Assembly: GCA_964431415.1 (NCBI GenBank)
Contig: CAYSJS010000005.1
Coordinates: 7,132 to 71,131 of the forward strand
Reading direction: 5' to 3'
Length of the DNA stretch: 64,000 nt
Source of the DNA: an uncultured Candidatus Saccharibacteria bacterium
Lineage (GTDB): Bacteria > Patescibacteriota > Saccharimonadia > Saccharimonadales > JACDBH01
Shown one piece after another: positions 62,774 to 64,000 of this stretch; the stretch's first letter is position 1; each line of letters begins with the position of its first letter. Made by a program: the position numbers and the translations under genes. The notes under the pieces are model-generated. The model did not search any database. It was not told where the DNA came from and saw only the letters and a program-made list of their open reading frames with translations.

Positions 62774-63970
62774 CTATCTCATCCTAAAGCGCTGTTCGTA
62801 ATCAGGGACCAGTTTCCTTACATCCATGCCAAGCGATTTGGCAACTTCTGAGAACGGCAAGCGGCTAAAATCATTGGGTTCAAGCATTTTGCCTTGTTTA
62901 GTACCGAGCACTGCTCGCAAATAGTTCCAGGTGTCGCCACCATTTCCTACAACTGCCGCTACTGTATCCGGGTATCTACTGCCTTCAGGGACGCGACTCG
63001 CTACACCAACCAATTCCTTGGTAAGAAAAGCTGTAAGGAGAGGTGTTTTTTTAAGATCAAATTTGCCGACGAAATTTTCTTTAGCAAACCTTACTCGTTC
63101 GCGGCTGTCGTCAGGTACTTTGGCAAGCATTTCAGATTCTGGAATGCCACTTTCAGGATCTTGCTTCTGCTCATTCGAGTTACTTAACTCAGTGTTACTA
63201 TCTTCTGATTGAGTGTAGGCCTGCTCAACAGCGTTTCTCGCAGAAGACTCATCTTCTTGCTTCTGCTCAGCTTGTTTTTGTTCTTTAGTAACCCATACTG
63301 TCATATCGCCACGCTTCTCAGGTATCCAGCGACCGTTCGCACCGTGTTCTTCGCCAAACGTGTCTTTATTGGGATTAACTTTGATACGGTCTTTATGATA
63401 AGTATGTACGTCAGAGTGTACTGTAAAAGCATCAATGTCATCACCTATATATTCGAGGTCTGCTCTTTGGTCGAAAAAGCTTGCGAACCTCTCCCCTATA
63501 CCCGCAATTGCGTTTGTTTCTTCAACAAATGAAGGATCATTAAGAATCGAGTCTGTATTTATCTTATCTGTATGGGCGGTGGCTGTTTCGGCTGCCCACG
63601 ACAGATCATCAAACGTAATGTTATCGCCAGGCTTTGCAGCCTCCATAAGCTTTTGGAGCGTCATTTGCATACTTCCAACAAAGGCTTTGTTAAATAGAGC
63701 TTGCTGGCTACCGTCATCTTCGCCGTATTGACTGGCAACCTGTTGCAGAAGCTCTCGCATTTTGTCTAGCGGAAGAGGAGTCATGGTAAGCTTTTCAACA
63801 TAGTCTGGTTCATCTTCCATTTTTTCAAAGGTGTCAACGACTTCTGGCTGAGGATTTACACGAAGTGCTTCTTTGTCACCCGCAAAATTGCTCTGAATTT
63901 CTTCAGGTGTCATACGGTAGATATCTGGTTCGCGTTCGAAGTTATTTGGTTGTGGATTTTCTGCTGACAT
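62774..63970 (-). CDS. Hypothetical acidic protein, first gene of the ARH operon
   Basis: 398-aa ORF with an ATG 30 nt from the window end. A Glu/Gln/Ser-rich linker sits mid-protein. No motif was recognised. Confidence 0.5.
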   Translation of the reverse strand: MSAENPQPNNFEREPDIYRMTPEEIQSNFAGDKEALRVNPQPEVVDTFEKMEDEPDYVEKLTMTPLPLDKMRELLQQVASQYGEDDGSQQALFNKAFVGSMQMTLQKLMEAAKPGDNITFDDLSWAAETATAHTDKINTDSILNDPSFVEETNAIAGIGERFASFFDQRADLEYIGDDIDAFTVHSDVHTYHKDRIKVNPNKDTFGEEHGANGRWIPEKRGDMTVWVTKEQKQAEQKQEDESSARNAVEQAYTQSEDSNTELSNSNEQKQDPESGIPESEMLAKVPDDSRERVRFAKENFVGKFDLKKTPLLTAFLTKELVGVASRVPEGSRYPDTVAAVVGNGGDTWNYLRAVLGTKQGKMLEPNDFSRLPFSEVAKSLGMDVRKLVPDYEQRFRMR

Positions 63971-64000
63971 ATTTGTTTTGACTTAATATCAACATTGTAG

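Noticed and set aside
55886-64000. An intact prophage at the right end of the window
   Set aside because: Only methylase and terminase genes are phage-like. No portal, capsid, tail, lysis or integrase genes are present. The genes after TerL are on the opposite strand and of cellular or immunity type.
1-64000. CRISPR arrays or other short tandem DNA repeats
   Set aside because: I saw no regularly spaced direct repeats of 25-40 nt. The repetition in this window is at the protein-paralog level (pilins, GT4s, Ig-like repeats).

Overview
This is a gene-dense bacterial chromosome segment spanning the replication-origin gene set: rpmH-rnpA-yidC-jag on the minus strand and dnaA-dnaN-recF on the plus strand. 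Intergenic gaps are tiny, there are many ATGA/TAATG start-stop overlaps, and four convergent gene pairs overlap at their stop codons. The genetic code is standard, with TGA used as a stop. The secretion genes are of the Gram-positive PrgI/VirB4/VirB6 type with no outer-membrane core. Together these features suggest a reduced-genome, monoderm-like organism, possibly a Patescibacteria/CPR (Saccharibacteria-like) episymbiont. That taxonomic guess is inference only.

The window has four blocks:
(1) 1-3.7 kb: a truncated acyltransferase-3 gene and two secreted proteins.
(2) 3.65-30.7 kb: a ~27 kb glycan-assembly locus. It contains a Wzm/Wzt ABC exporter, GDP-fucose synthesis (gmd, fcl), a GT11 alpha-1,2-fucosyltransferase, about 13 other glycosyltransferases, two methyltransferases, GtrA, a Glf-like flavoenzyme and three or four polytopic GT-C-like membrane proteins.
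(3) 37.0-53.7 kb, directly after recF: a type IV secretion-like locus. Eight co-directional genes include VirB4, PrgI/VirB3-like, VirB6/TrbL-like and a three-domain cell-wall hydrolase. They face a divergent tandem array of seven VirB2/TrbC-like pilin paralogs. No relaxase, coupling protein or integrase is present. This is the most interesting system in the window.
(4) 53.8-64 kb: hsp20, comFC and small unknown genes, then a strand-specific G.U-rich long RNA hairpin. Next comes a phage-derived module (ParB-methylase fusion, second methylase, TerS-like, TerL) that lacks any portal, capsid or tail genes. The window ends with a minus-strand operon that terminates in an ADP-ribosylglycohydrolase.

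I saw no rRNA, tRNA or CRISPR array. rpmH (45 aa) and the truncated acyltransferase are absent from the supplied ORF track and were found by manual translation.
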